From: an uncultured Oscillibacter sp.
GTDB taxonomy: Bacteria; Bacillota; Clostridia; Oscillospirales; Oscillospiraceae
Direction of reading: 5' to 3'
Length of the DNA stretch: 58,540 nt
Assembly (NCBI GenBank): GCA_950097035.1
Contig: CATNDT010000002.1
Coordinates: 1-58,540 of the forward strand
Part shown: positions 29,317-39,719 of the stretch, piece by piece
Layout: every line of letters starts with the position of its first letter
Position numbering within the stretch: the first letter of the stretch is position 1
Translations under genes and position numbers: made by a program
The notes under the pieces: model-generated
The model's input: only the letters and a program-made list of their open reading frames with translations
Databases searched by the model: none
Told to the model about the DNA's origin: nothing

Positions 29317-29625
29317 ATGGAGTATATACTGGTGGAGTGGGATCACGATTTGGATGACGAACCCTACCTCATTTATTCAGAATTGGATGAAGACCGCCGT
29401 GAGACTCGAAAAATCGAATTTTTCCGCAACGGTATCTGCTTTTCTTACGGCGCCGAGCGGGGAAGTGAGGGTGCGCTGGCGGAGATCCCTTTTCCAAAGG
29501 ACCTGCGTGAGATTTCCGGAGGAGAGGGGGAACGTACGGCCCGCGTTATCTCCCGGCAGTTGTTTCAGGAGGTCTGGAATCAGGCCCAGGAACGGCCGGA
29601 CGGATTTATGGGGATGTTTTTTTGA
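29317..29625 (+). CDS. Small acidic hypothetical protein (DUF6881-like)
   Basis: MEYILVEWDHD..EP..IYSELDE.RRETRKIEFF; RBS GAGGAGG; terminator hairpin at 29641-29679. Confidence 0.75.
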   Translation: MEYILVEWDHDLDDEPYLIYSELDEDRRETRKIEFFRNGICFSYGAERGSEGALAEIPFPKDLREISGGEGERTARVISRQLFQEVWNQAQERPDGFMGMFF

Positions 29626-29680
29626 ATCTTTCTGAAAAGGCAGAGACAGCCGGGGCCTTGCGCTGCGGCTGTCTCTGTCC

Positions 29681-31531
29681 TTATTTATATTGGAAGTGGG
29701 TGCCGTAGTAATATTCAATGGACCGATAGGTCTGCAGAATCTCCTGCCCCTCCGCGTCCAATTCCGCCGTCAATTCACCGTTTCGCACATAGCGGTCCTG
29801 ATCGGTGAGTACGGGGATCTCCCGCCAGATATCCGTGGTGGCCTGGGCCCAGGCGTCGCCCGTCCAGCCGCATTGGTCAAACAGCAGATTCATGAGAAAA
29901 CAGGAGGATATGTCGGGGCCCTCGCCGGTAAAGTCGTTTTTCAGCAGTGATTTTGCCGCGTCGTTTGCCCAGATAAGATACCGGGTTCCGTAGTAGTTGT
30001 AGAAGCCCTCCGATGTGGAGGTGTCGAGATTGACACCCAGCTCCTGATAGGCGGAGTTGCTGTAGCCCAGCCAGGGCTTGTGGTCGCCGAAAATTACCAG
30101 CACCACCGGCCGTGTCTCTTTCCGGAACTGGTCGAGCAGCAGCCGGAGCTGTTCCGCTGTGTCCATTATGGAGCCCAGATAGTTGTCTACGATATTTGCG
30201 GTTTCCTCTGTATACCGGCCATCGGTAAAGTGATTTCCCCGCCATACGTCTTCCGTGCCGTAGGGGCCGTGGCCCTGATAGGTGACGTTAAAGGAAAAAT
30301 AGGGAGCTCCCTCTCCATCCCGGTTTGCCTCGTAGAGGCGGAAGATCTCGGGAAAGAGAACACTGTCGGGGGCCTCGCCGTACTGATACAGCTCCCGAAA
30401 CCGGTTTTCAATGAAATAGTAGGTGGGGATACCCAGATAGCCGTTGACGTTGCGGCGGTTGTAAAACCACTCGTAACTGGGGTGGCTGCCCTCTATGACA
30501 TAGCCTTGGGCACCGAAATACCAACCGTAGGAGTTGGTGTTGCTCCGGTAGTTCCACTGGTCGGCGTAGCCGGTTAAAAAGGCCCGTTCCGTGTCCACGG
30601 TGCCGCCGGCAAAGATGTTGGTGATGAGATTTCCGGTGAGACCCTCCTCCTCCAGGTGGTGATAGACCCCGTAGGCCTTTTCAAAGTCGACGCCCTCCAC
30701 GTTTTTAAACAGAGAGAAGTCCGCAAAGGCCTCCAGCTGGATGGCGATAATATCCACCCGCTCCTCCGCCGGGATGTCCTTCGGCGTATAGGACGCCAGC
30801 AGGCTGCGTGCGGCGGCGGCGCTGTAACCTGCCGGAGGCTTAATCCCGCTGGCGGTGATGCTGTGGAGAAAGGGATAGACAAAGCCCTTGGAGAGGTAGA
30901 GCTGAGTGGAGGACCAGCGCTCGATCTGGTCAAAATTCTGAGTTTTATTGTTGTAGATGTCATTATCGGCGACGAATTTCGCAACCGGCACGCACAGCAG
31001 CGCCCCTACGGCCAGCAGCGCCAGGCGAAGTTTTGCCGCCGGCCGGCCCCGCACCAGAAAAAAGAGAAAAATTGTACCGAAGAGAAGGCAGAGCAGTCCA
31101 AACCACACCCGCTTGTCCGGCGTCAGGTCATAGTTGGCCTTCATGGTGATGCCTGCGGCGTCCCGGATGTTTTTCAGGTCCTGAAACATGAGGGGATCGT
31201 CCCGAAAGCGAAGCTTGTAGTAGTTTCCAAGAGACAGTCCCCAAACTGCCAGGTCCGTTATGAGAAAGGCCAGCCAGGGCCGGCCCAGCAGGCCGTATAC
31301 CAGAAACAGGGCCAGCACCACGGGGACGGTATTCAAAAGTACGATCAGCGGGTGCTGGAAGTAGGTTTTCATAATGGTATCCGGGTAGTCCCCATAGGCG
31401 AAGAACATGGAGAGCCATGCCAGGCACAGTCCCGCCAGCAGCAGGAAGCCTTCGTTCCACAGCCAGAAAACGGCCTGCCGCCTTTTGGGCAGGCCGTCGG
31501 GGGCGGTTTGAAACAGCCAGAAATTCCGCAT
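29681..31531 (-). CDS. LTA synthase-family (alkaline phosphatase superfamily) membrane enzyme
   Basis: Five N-terminal TM segments; IQLEAF, GGTVDTE..LTG, HGPY, FGDHKP. Confidence 0.9.
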   Translation of the reverse strand: MRNFWLFQTAPDGLPKRRQAVFWLWNEGFLLLAGLCLAWLSMFFAYGDYPDTIMKTYFQHPLIVLLNTVPVVLALFLVYGLLGRPWLAFLITDLAVWGLSLGNYYKLRFRDDPLMFQDLKNIRDAAGITMKANYDLTPDKRVWFGLLCLLFGTIFLFFLVRGRPAAKLRLALLAVGALLCVPVAKFVADNDIYNNKTQNFDQIERWSSTQLYLSKGFVYPFLHSITASGIKPPAGYSAAAARSLLASYTPKDIPAEERVDIIAIQLEAFADFSLFKNVEGVDFEKAYGVYHHLEEEGLTGNLITNIFAGGTVDTERAFLTGYADQWNYRSNTNSYGWYFGAQGYVIEGSHPSYEWFYNRRNVNGYLGIPTYYFIENRFRELYQYGEAPDSVLFPEIFRLYEANRDGEGAPYFSFNVTYQGHGPYGTEDVWRGNHFTDGRYTEETANIVDNYLGSIMDTAEQLRLLLDQFRKETRPVVLVIFGDHKPWLGYSNSAYQELGVNLDTSTSEGFYNYYGTRYLIWANDAAKSLLKNDFTGEGPDISSCFLMNLLFDQCGWTGDAWAQATTDIWREIPVLTDQDRYVRNGELTAELDAEGQEILQTYRSIEYYYGTHFQYK

Positions 31532-32946
31532 CAGTAGGCCAGCTTTTCCGCCAGGTATTTTTTCAGCTCCGCAATGGGGACGCGGACCTGGTCCATGCTG
31601 TCCCGGTCACGGACGGTGACGCAGTTGTCCCCCGCCTTGCTCTCATCGCCCACGGTGTCAAAGTCCACGGTGACACAGTAGGGCGTGCCGATCTCATCCT
31701 CCCGGCGGTAGCGCTTGCCGATGGAGCCGGTTTCGTCAAAGTCCACCATCCAGTCTCTGGCAAGATCCTGCTGGATCTCTGCGGCCTTGGCACTGAGTTT
31801 TTTGCTGAGGGGCAGCACGGCGACCTTGAAGGGGGCGATGGCGGGGTGGAAGCGCATCACGGTGCGCACATCGTTTTTTGCCTCGTCCACTACTTCCTCG
31901 TCGTAAGCTTCCACCAGCAGGGCCAGGGTCATGCGGTCTGCACCCAGAGAGGGCTCAATGACATAGGGGATATAGTGTTCGTTTTTCTCCTGGTCAAAAT
32001 ACGTGAGATCCTGTCCGGAGTGCTTCTGGTGCTGGCTCAAATCGTAGTCTGTGCGGTCGGCCACACCCCAGAGCTCGCCCCAGCCGAAGGGGAAGAGGTA
32101 CTCAAAGTCGGTGGTGGCTTTGGAGTAGAAGGCCAGTTCCTCCGGCTCATGGTCCCGCAGGCGCAGGTTCTCCTCCTTTACATTCAGGCCGGTAAGCCAG
32201 TCGTGACAGTAGGTGCGCCAGTACTGAAACCACTCCAGGTCGGTGTCCGGCTTGCAGAAGAACTCCAGCTCCATCTGCTCAAACTCCCGGATGCGGAAGA
32301 TGAAGTTGCCGGGAGTGATCTCGTTGCGAAAGCTCTTGCCCACCTGGCACACGCCAAAGGGCAGCTTGCGGCGGGTGGTGCGCTGAATGGCGGAAAAGTT
32401 GACGAAAATGCCCTGGGCGGTTTCGGGCCGGAGATAGACCTCGTTGGCGGTGTCTTCGGTAACGCCCTGGTGGGTTTTAAACATCAGGTTAAATTTGCGG
32501 ATGTCGGTAAAGTCGTTTTTACCGCAGCCGGGGCAGGGAACGTTTTTCTCCCGGATAAAGGAAACCAGTTCCTCCTGGGTCATGGCCTCCACGTTGACAT
32601 CCAGCCCGTTCTCATTGACAAAACCCTCTACCAGCTTGTCGGCCCGGTGACGCATTTTGCAGGCCTTGCAGTCGATCAGGGGGTCGTTGAAGGTGGAGAC
32701 GTGGCCGGAGGCCACCCATACCTGGGGATTCATGAGGATAGCGGCGTCCAGCCCGACGTTATAGGGGTTTTCCTGCACAAACTTTTTCCACCAGGCCCGC
32801 TTTACGTTGTTTTTCATCTCCACGCCAAGAGGACCGTAATCCCAGCTGTTGGCGAGGCCTCCGTAGATCTCGCTGCCGGGAAAGATGAAGCCCCGATTTT
32901 TGCACAGGGCTACGATTTTTTCCATGGTTTTTTGACGGTTATCCAT
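31531..32946 (-). CDS. glyS: Glycine-tRNA ligase (alpha2 homodimer type)
   Basis: [53 protein letters not shown]. Start moved to MDNRQK. Confidence 0.97.
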   Translation of the reverse strand: MDNRQKTMEKIVALCKNRGFIFPGSEIYGGLANSWDYGPLGVEMKNNVKRAWWKKFVQENPYNVGLDAAILMNPQVWVASGHVSTFNDPLIDCKACKMRHRADKLVEGFVNENGLDVNVEAMTQEELVSFIREKNVPCPGCGKNDFTDIRKFNLMFKTHQGVTEDTANEVYLRPETAQGIFVNFSAIQRTTRRKLPFGVCQVGKSFRNEITPGNFIFRIREFEQMELEFFCKPDTDLEWFQYWRTYCHDWLTGLNVKEENLRLRDHEPEELAFYSKATTDFEYLFPFGWGELWGVADRTDYDLSQHQKHSGQDLTYFDQEKNEHYIPYVIEPSLGADRMTLALLVEAYDEEVVDEAKNDVRTVMRFHPAIAPFKVAVLPLSKKLSAKAAEIQQDLARDWMVDFDETGSIGKRYRREDEIGTPYCVTVDFDTVGDESKAGDNCVTVRDRDSMDQVRVPIAELKKYLAEKLAY

Positions 32947-32971
32947 AGCAATTCTCCTTTTTTCGTCTCTG

Positions 32972-33637
32972 TTATGATGAAATGAAACTTGTGTTCTTTT
33001 TCCCCCGCGGAAGTTGAAAGAGGACGGGCGGCAGCAGCAGCGGCAGGCAGCCGTAAATAGAGGGAATCCCCCACTGACCCACACACCACCAGCCCCATAC
33101 TGTGCCGAGATGGAAGCAGAGAAGGGTTCCGCCGTAGAATATCAGCTTTCGCAGCTGCCGGGCATCCCGGGTGCAGCAGTACTCTGTCACGCCTTCGGTA
33201 AACTGACGGAGGTTGTTGGTGGAAAAGATGGTGGCGCAGTTGAAGCCGGCGGCGGCGGAGTAGGCCACCCACTGCACGGCTGTGGCAAAAAACATGGGGT
33301 AGAGGGAGAGAATGGGGTCGGTTTCCGGCGGGATCCGGGCCAGCAGCAGGCAGGCGGCGCCGTCAATGACAATGGCCCAGATCCGGATCTCCGGTTTGCG
33401 GCCGGACCGGCGCCACAGCACCGCAAGGACGATGCCGGCGATGTAGCACGCCATGGCCCCCAGGCGGATCAGGGCGGGATACAGGGTGCCGTCCAGTCCC
33501 GAGATTACCAGATAAATGAGGTTGGAGGTCTCGGAGGAGCCGAAGGTTCCGTCCCGGGTCAGCAGGGCATACACGCCGAAAAAGCCGCCCACCGCCGCCA
33601 TGGCGTGGTGCGCCCGGGTTTCCTGAAGCTCCGTCAC
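32972..33637 (-). CDS. YoaK/DUF1275-family membrane protein
   Basis: [20 protein letters not shown] and [10 protein letters not shown] patterns; multiple TM segments. Confidence 0.8.
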   Translation of the reverse strand: MTELQETRAHHAMAAVGGFFGVYALLTRDGTFGSSETSNLIYLVISGLDGTLYPALIRLGAMACYIAGIVLAVLWRRSGRKPEIRIWAIVIDGAACLLLARIPPETDPILSLYPMFFATAVQWVAYSAAAGFNCATIFSTNNLRQFTEGVTEYCCTRDARQLRKLIFYGGTLLCFHLGTVWGWWCVGQWGIPSIYGCLPLLLPPVLFQLPRGKKNTSFISS

Positions 33638-33638
33638 G

Positions 33639-35414
33639 TTATGCTTCCGGTTTTACCAGGGCAATGTGCAGCTCATCCAGCTGTTTCTGTGTCACCTCGC
33701 CGGGGGCGCTCATCATGATGTCCTGTGCATTTTTGTTCATGGGGAAGGGGATAATCTCCCGGATGGAGTCCTCTCCCGCCAACAGCATGACCATGCGGTC
33801 CACACCCGGCGCAATGCCCGCGTGGGGCGGCGCGCCATAGGTGAAGGCGTTGTACATGGCGGGGAATTTGGCCTTTACGTCCTCTTCGCCCAGGCGCACC
33901 ATCTCAAAGGCCTTGACCATAATCTCCGGGTCGTGGTTTCTCACCGCGCCGGAGGAGAGCTCCACGCCGTTGCATACCAGATCGTACTGGTCGGCGGTGA
34001 TGGACAGGGGGTCGATTTCGCCGCGCTCCGCCTTCAGCAGCACGTCCAGCCCGCCGGAGGGCATGGAGAAGGGGTTGTGGCAGAATTCCAGCTGGCCGGA
34101 CTCTTCCCCTATCTCATACATGGGGAAGTCCACGATCCAGCAAAAGGCATACTGCTCCTGATCCATATGGCCCGGCACCGCTGCGCCCAGAGTTTTTACC
34201 AGCACGCCGGCGGTCTTCTGGGCGACGCTCAGTTTTCCGGCGGACAGGGCCACGAAATCATTTGGATTCAGATGCAGGGCGGAGACTACGGCATCCTTGA
34301 TGGGCTGAACGAATTTGGCGATGCCGCCTGTAATCTCTCCCTTTTCATCCAGCCGGAACCAGTAGGGCTTGCCGCCGGAGACAACTTCCACGTCGGCAAG
34401 GGTTCTGTCGATAAATTTTCTTGTCTCGTGGAAATCGCTGACAACCACGGCCTTTACTGTGCTTCCCTCGAAGGGGCCGAAGCCGCAGGCGCCCAGAACG
34501 GAAGTGGCATCCCGCACCGTCAGGTCGATCCGCAGATCCGGCTTATCGGTGCCGTAGGTCTCCATGGCGTCCGTATAGCTGATCCGCCGGAAGGGGGCGG
34601 CACTGGCCCGGTTGAATTTGCCGTATTTGGCAAAGATGGGGGGCAGTACGTCCTCAATAACGGAGAACACGTCCTCCTGAGAGGCGAAGGCCATCTCCAT
34701 GTCCAGCTGGTAGAACTCGCCGGGGGAGCGGTCCGCCCGGGCGTCTTCATCCCGGAAGCAGGGGGCAATCTGGAAATAGCGGTCAAAGCCGGAGGTCATC
34801 AGCAGCTGCTTGAACTGCTGGGGAGCCTGGGGAAGGGCGTAGAACCTGCCGGGGTGATTCCGGGCGGGGACCAGGTAATCCCGGGCCCCCTCTGGGGAGG
34901 AGGCGGTTAAAATAGGGGTGGTAATTTCCAGGAAGCCGTGCTCTGTCATAGCCTGGCGCAGGGCGGAGACCACGCTGCACCGCAGAACGATGTTGTTTTT
35001 TACCGCCGGGTTCCGCAGGTCCAGATAGCGGTATTTCAGCCGCTGGCTTTCATCGGCCTCCCGGCTGCGGCCCACCTGAAAGGGCAGCTCGTTGTGGCGG
35101 CAGCGGCCCAGAACCTCCACCCCGGAGGGGACGATCTCGATGTCGCCGGTGGGGAGTTTGCTGTTTTTACTGTCCCGTTCCCGGACGGTCCCCTCCACGG
35201 AGATGGTGGATTCCTTGTTGATGGCCTTGAAGGTGTTGACCATGTCTTCGCTTTCAGCCACCACCTGGGTGACGCCATAAAAGTCCCGGACGACGATAAA
35301 GGCCAGCCCTGCGCTGACGATGCGGACGTTTTCCAGCCAGCCGGAGATCTTGACCTGCTGTCCTGCGTCTGCCAGCCGGAGCTGGCCACAGGTATGGGTG
35401 CGGTTTTGTGTCAT
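33639..35414 (-). CDS. aspS: Aspartate-tRNA ligase
   Basis: RTHTCG, RLKYRYLDLR, PEGARDYLVP, CFRDEDARADR, GAPPHAG. Confidence 0.98.
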   Translation of the reverse strand: MTQNRTHTCGQLRLADAGQQVKISGWLENVRIVSAGLAFIVVRDFYGVTQVVAESEDMVNTFKAINKESTISVEGTVRERDSKNSKLPTGDIEIVPSGVEVLGRCRHNELPFQVGRSREADESQRLKYRYLDLRNPAVKNNIVLRCSVVSALRQAMTEHGFLEITTPILTASSPEGARDYLVPARNHPGRFYALPQAPQQFKQLLMTSGFDRYFQIAPCFRDEDARADRSPGEFYQLDMEMAFASQEDVFSVIEDVLPPIFAKYGKFNRASAAPFRRISYTDAMETYGTDKPDLRIDLTVRDATSVLGACGFGPFEGSTVKAVVVSDFHETRKFIDRTLADVEVVSGGKPYWFRLDEKGEITGGIAKFVQPIKDAVVSALHLNPNDFVALSAGKLSVAQKTAGVLVKTLGAAVPGHMDQEQYAFCWIVDFPMYEIGEESGQLEFCHNPFSMPSGGLDVLLKAERGEIDPLSITADQYDLVCNGVELSSGAVRNHDPEIMVKAFEMVRLGEEDVKAKFPAMYNAFTYGAPPHAGIAPGVDRMVMLLAGEDSIREIIPFPMNKNAQDIMMSAPGEVTQKQLDELHIALVKPEA

Positions 35415-35619
35415 GGTGATGATTCCTTTCTGTATAGTGTATTACATTATATTACATATTGTTTAGGGGGGAGAGTTTTATCCCTGGCGGGCAAATTGCG
35501 CCGCCAGCGTTTTTTCTCTTTTGGACCGTGCCCAGCCCGCAACGGCTGCCAATTCCGCCCCGCGCGTCAGCGCAAGCAGCTCTTACAAAAATACTCCTTT
35601 CGCAGCTTTCAGGAAGTAT

Positions 35620-36975
35620 CTATTCCAAAATCACCGCTCCGTCCCGACGGGCATCCAATCCCGCCCGGATACGGTAAATGGTGGCATCCGCCTCCAGTTT
35701 GGTCTGCTCACCGGTGGACATGTCTTTACACGCCACAATCCCGGCGTTAATCTCATTCTCCCCCAAAAAGATCACATAGGGAACCCCCAGTTTATCGGCA
35801 TAGCCGATCTTCTGCTTGAATTTTTTGTTTTCACAGTGGAGCTGCGTCCGGATCCCGTTTTCCCGCAGCCTGGTGGCCAGTGCGATGGCGGGGGAGAGGT
35901 CCTCGGTCATGGGCAGAATCAGCACGTCTGCCGGAGCGGTGGGTAGCTTTGGATTCAGCATCCCCTGCTCGCCCAGAACGTAGAAGAGGCGGGTCAGCCC
36001 GATGGAGATTCCCACGCCGGGCAGCTGCTTATCGGTGTAATATTCCGCCAGATTGTCGTACCGGCCGCCGGAGCAGACAGATCCGATTTCCGGATGGTCC
36101 AGCAGCACCGTTTCATACACGGTGCCGGTGTAGTAGTCCAACCCCCGGGCAATGGTGAGGTCCACGGCAAAATTCTCTGTCGGAATGCCGAAGTCAGAGA
36201 GATACCGGACCACGGTTTTCAGCTCTTCCAGTCCCTGGTCAAAGATCTCGTTCCGTCCCCGGTACGTCTCCAGGGCGGTCAGGACCGCCTCGTTTTCACC
36301 GCTGATGGCGATAAAACGCAGAATCTCTCCGGCGTCCTCCGGACTGACGGCGAATTCCTCTGTTAAAATGGCCTGTACCTTCTCCGGGCCGATTTTGTCC
36401 AGTTTGTCCACCGTGCGCATAATGTCTCCCGCCCTGTCCGTGAGATTCAGGCAGGCGTAAAACCCGTTGAGGATCTTGCGGTTGTTGACACGGATGCGGA
36501 ACCTGCGCAGTCCCAGGGCGGAAAAGGTTTTGTAAATAATGGCGGGAATTTCAGCCTCATTGACAATGGAGAGCTTGCCGTCGCCGATGATGTCGATATC
36601 GGCCTGGTAGAATTCCCGGAAGCGGCCCCGCTGAGCCCGCTCCCCCCGGTAGACCTTGCCGATTTGATACCGGCGGAAGGGGAAGGTCAGGTCGCTGTAG
36701 TGCAGGGCCACGTATTTTGCCAGGGGAACCGTCAGGTCGAACCGCAGGCTCAGATCCGCGCCGCCCTTTTGAAAGCGGTAGATCTGCTTTTCCGTTTCGC
36801 CGCCGCCCTTGGCAAGGAGCACTTCGCTGGCCTCAATGACCGGGGTATCCAAGGGCGTGAAGCCGTACAGGGAATAGGTGCGGCGGAGGATCTCCATCAT
36901 ATGCTCCAGCTGCTGCTGGGGGGCTGGGAGAAGCTCCATGAAGCCAGATAGTGTCCGTGGGGTCTGTTTTGCCAT
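35620..36975 (-). CDS. hisS: Histidine-tRNA ligase
   Basis: LRFDLTVP, RGERAQRGRFREFYQ, ARGLDYYTG, GGRYDNL. Confidence 0.98.
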   Translation of the reverse strand: MAKQTPRTLSGFMELLPAPQQQLEHMMEILRRTYSLYGFTPLDTPVIEASEVLLAKGGGETEKQIYRFQKGGADLSLRFDLTVPLAKYVALHYSDLTFPFRRYQIGKVYRGERAQRGRFREFYQADIDIIGDGKLSIVNEAEIPAIIYKTFSALGLRRFRIRVNNRKILNGFYACLNLTDRAGDIMRTVDKLDKIGPEKVQAILTEEFAVSPEDAGEILRFIAISGENEAVLTALETYRGRNEIFDQGLEELKTVVRYLSDFGIPTENFAVDLTIARGLDYYTGTVYETVLLDHPEIGSVCSGGRYDNLAEYYTDKQLPGVGISIGLTRLFYVLGEQGMLNPKLPTAPADVLILPMTEDLSPAIALATRLRENGIRTQLHCENKKFKQKIGYADKLGVPYVIFLGENEINAGIVACKDMSTGEQTKLEADATIYRIRAGLDARRDGAVILE

Positions 36976-37027
36976 AGTGTTACTCCTTCGTTATATTCGG
37001 AATTGGGAAAGTCTTTTGCCGTTTATT

Positions 37028-37262
37028 GGAAAAGAGCGCTCGCATCCCAAAAGAAGTTTTGGGACGAGAGCGCTCTTTCGCTTCGTGGTGCCACCCAAAT
37101 TCAAGGCCTTCGCCTCCTTTGGCCTCCTGGTACGGGGAGGGTGCCGTGGACGTTTCCGCCCCCGCTCTGCCGCTGTCCTTCCTCCGGGCCGAACGGGGCG
37201 CTTTCAGCGCTGCGCCCCTCTCTGGGGATCGGCTGCCGGGCTACTGCTGCGGCGTCTTTGCG
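37028..37262 (-). promoter_or_regulatory. T-box riboswitch leader of hisS(-aspS), specifier GAC (Asp)
   Basis: AGTA, CAGAGA, GCTGAAAG, GAAG-GAC-A specifier loop (37175-37177), T-box AATTTGGGTGGCACCACG (37084-37101), terminator 37029-37078. Promoter TTGACA-N17-TACAAT at 37275-37303. Confidence 0.92.
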
Positions 37263-37299
37263 GTGATGCTGCTTATTGTAGATGTTTTTGGCCGAGTTG

Positions 37300-37713
37300 T
37301 CAAGCGATGGGGCGGGTAGAGGGATTTACAATGTAGCGCCAGTCCAAATCGCCCCGGGCAAGGCCCAGCACCAGCATCTCCGCGGTGGCAATATTGCTTG
37401 CAAAGGGGATGTTGTTCTGGTCGCACAGGCGGGAAATATAGGAGATATCGCCTGCCATGCTCTCGTTGCTGGGATCGTTGAAAAAGAGGACCAGGTCAAA
37501 TTCATTATAGGCAATACGGGCGCCGATTTGCTGGCTGCCGCCGTGGGCATAGGTCAAAAAGCAGTGGACATCCAGGCCGGTGGCGTCCGCTACCATATGA
37601 CCGGTGGTGTTGGTGGCGTAAATATGGTGGTGGGACAGAATGCCGGCATAAGCCGTGCAGAACTGAACCATCAATTCTTTTTTATTGTCGTGGGACATGA
37701 GCGCAATGTTCAT
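37300..37713 (-). CDS. mgsA: Methylglyoxal synthase
   Basis: MNIALMSHDNKKELMV, ATNTTG, GGSQQIGA, RLCD..NIPFASNIATAE. Clostridial variant found after minD; the usual GP.GGD motif is not conserved. Confidence 0.85.
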   Translation of the reverse strand: MNIALMSHDNKKELMVQFCTAYAGILSHHHIYATNTTGHMVADATGLDVHCFLTYAHGGSQQIGARIAYNEFDLVLFFNDPSNESMAGDISYISRLCDQNNIPFASNIATAEMLVLGLARGDLDWRYIVNPSTRPIA

Positions 37714-37730
37714 CTGTCTGGCTCCTTTCT

Positions 37731-38483
37731 TTATTTTACGCGCATCAGAGGAACTTTTTCCCCCTGAATGCGTCTGGCGATATTTCGGTATGCCGTGGAC
37801 GCCCCCTGTCCGTTTGCCAGCAGCAGCGGCGTGCCCTGATTCAGGCAGAGGGGGAGAGCGTCATCCTCCGGGACAACGCCGATCAGCGGCAGGCCGGCCT
37901 GATCGATGGCGTCGTCAATGGTGGCGTGCATATTGCGGAGCATCTTTTTCCGCACCCGGTTTACCACCAGGTGGAGTTTTCCCATGGGGTAGTGGTGCAG
38001 CTCCATTACTGTGTGTTGGGCGTCCCGCAGGGAGGAGGCCTCCGCGGTGGTGACGACAAGGCAGCGGTCCGCCCCACAGACGGCCAGCTGAAAGCCGGAC
38101 CCCAGGCCTGCCGGGGCGTCCAGCAGGCAGTAATCAAATCGCCTGCGGACTTCCCGCAGGAGCTCCGTCATCTCTCTCTCCGTCACCGGGCTGCCCCGGC
38201 TGCGGACGGGAGCTGTCAGCAGGAAGAGGCCGGCTACTCTGGGGTGCTCCGCCACGGCGGCATCCAGCTCGCAGCGGTGCTGAGCCACGTCGGAAAAATC
38301 CATCAGCGCCTGATCGGTGAGGCCCAGCGCCAGATCCAGGTTGCGCAGACCTACGTCACAGTCCAGACAGAGCACTCTTTGGCCCGACAGTGCCAGGGCC
38401 GTTCCCACGCTGGATACCAGGGAGGTTTTGCCGGTGCCCCCTTTTCCGGAGACCACGGCAATGCATTGGCCTGACATATTCAT
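37731..38483 (-). CDS. minD: Septum site-determining ATPase MinD
   Basis: SGKGGTGKTS, DCDVGLRNLDL.LGL, DAPAG, SSLRDA. Confidence 0.9.
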   Translation of the reverse strand: MNMSGQCIAVVSGKGGTGKTSLVSSVGTALALSGQRVLCLDCDVGLRNLDLALGLTDQALMDFSDVAQHRCELDAAVAEHPRVAGLFLLTAPVRSRGSPVTEREMTELLREVRRRFDYCLLDAPAGLGSGFQLAVCGADRCLVVTTAEASSLRDAQHTVMELHHYPMGKLHLVVNRVRKKMLRNMHATIDDAIDQAGLPLIGVVPEDDALPLCLNQGTPLLLANGQGASTAYRNIARRIQGEKVPLMRVK

Positions 38484-38523
38484 GAAACGCCCCCTTTTCT
38501 GCACGAAATGGATCCTCTATACA

Positions 38524-39237
38524 TTATAACGGGTTTTTCTTAATTTTTGCAAATGATCTGGGATATTTTTTGGGGCATTCGCTGATTTTTTTTATTAGAA
38601 TCAGACGATGGTGCACATCCGTTCCGGGAATTTGGTAATCTGCAACGGTTTCGACAGCGCCCCCCAGCGCTTTGACCGCCGGTGTGGCGGCTGTCAGCTC
38701 CGGATCGGAGTCCACAGCTTTCATGGCCAGGAAGGTCCCGCCCACCTTGACATAGGGCAGACACAGCTCGCAGAGTGTCCGTAGCTCCGCCACAGCTCGG
38801 GAGGCGGCAAAATCAAACTGTTCCCGAAAGGATGGGTCATGGCTCTTCTCTTCCGCCCGGGTGTGAACGGTGCGGATATTTTCCAGCTCCAGCGTCCTGC
38901 AGGTTTCCGCCAGCCAGTCCAGGCGTTTGTTCAGGCTGTCCAGCAGCGTGACATCCAGAGAGGGCACAAGTATTTTCAAAACCATGCCGGGAAAGCCGGC
39001 GCCGGTACCCACGTCCAGCAGCCGTTTATCTGCAAGGTCAAGATACTTCAGCAGTGCGGCACAGTCCAGCATGTGGAGGTAGGCCACCTGGTCCGGCTCT
39101 GTAATGGCGGTGAGATTCATCACCTTGTTTTTTTCCAGCAGCAGCTGGGCATACAGCTCCAGCGTCCGGGCGGCCCCGGCGGGGACGCGGGCCTCTAAGC
39201 CGTAGTCCGCCAGTCCCCGGCAAATCAGAGAGCGCAT
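38524..39237 (-). CDS. rsmG: 16S rRNA m7G527 methyltransferase RsmG (GidB)
   Basis: MNLTAI, H..D, DVGTGAGFPG, LLDSLNKR, SRAVA, KYPR. ATG overlaps the mscL stop. Confidence 0.95.
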   Translation of the reverse strand: MRSLICRGLADYGLEARVPAGAARTLELYAQLLLEKNKVMNLTAITEPDQVAYLHMLDCAALLKYLDLADKRLLDVGTGAGFPGMVLKILVPSLDVTLLDSLNKRLDWLAETCRTLELENIRTVHTRAEEKSHDPSFREQFDFAASRAVAELRTLCELCLPYVKVGGTFLAMKAVDSDPELTAATPAVKALGGAVETVADYQIPGTDVHHRLILIKKISECPKKYPRSFAKIKKNPL

Positions 39238-39650
39238 CAGATAGTCCGCTCCTTCAAAAGGTCCCGGATCTCCTCCAGCAGTTTTTCCGCATGAGAGGGC
39301 TCCGGCGGAGCGGGAGGAGGCGTGGGGGTCTCCTCCTTTTTCCGGTGAAAGGAGTTGATGGCCCTTACCAGGCAAAACACCACAAAGGCCATAACCAGAA
39401 AGTTTACCACGGCCTGAATAAAGTTGCCGTAGGCGATCACCGCCTGGCCGGCCTCTATGGACAGGTCCGCAAAGGTGATACTGCTGGTGAAGATGCCCAA
39501 AATGGGCATGATAATGTCGTTGATGAGGGAGGTGGTGATGTTGGAAAAGGCGCCGCCAACGATAACGCCCACGGCCATATCGATCACATTTCCCCGGGCA
39601 ATAAAGGTTTTAAATTCAGCAAAAAAGCCATTTTTCTTTTCAGGAGCCAT
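39237..39650 (-). CDS. mscL: Large-conductance mechanosensitive channel
   Basis: EFKTFIARGNVIDMAVGVIVGGAF, YGNFI, LLEEIRDLL. Confidence 0.97.
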   Translation of the reverse strand: MAPEKKNGFFAEFKTFIARGNVIDMAVGVIVGGAFSNITTSLINDIIMPILGIFTSSITFADLSIEAGQAVIAYGNFIQAVVNFLVMAFVVFCLVRAINSFHRKKEETPTPPPAPPEPSHAEKLLEEIRDLLKERTI

Positions 39651-39719
39651 ACAGGTGATTCCTTTCGGTATAGAGTCCTTTTAGATATACGGATTGGATT
39701 TTGATTTGACCGCGGAGTG

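Noticed and set aside
35441-35456. WalR box upstream of aspS (TGTAAT-N4-TGTAAT)
   Set aside because: The spacer is 4 nt rather than 5, and the downstream gene is not a cell-wall gene.
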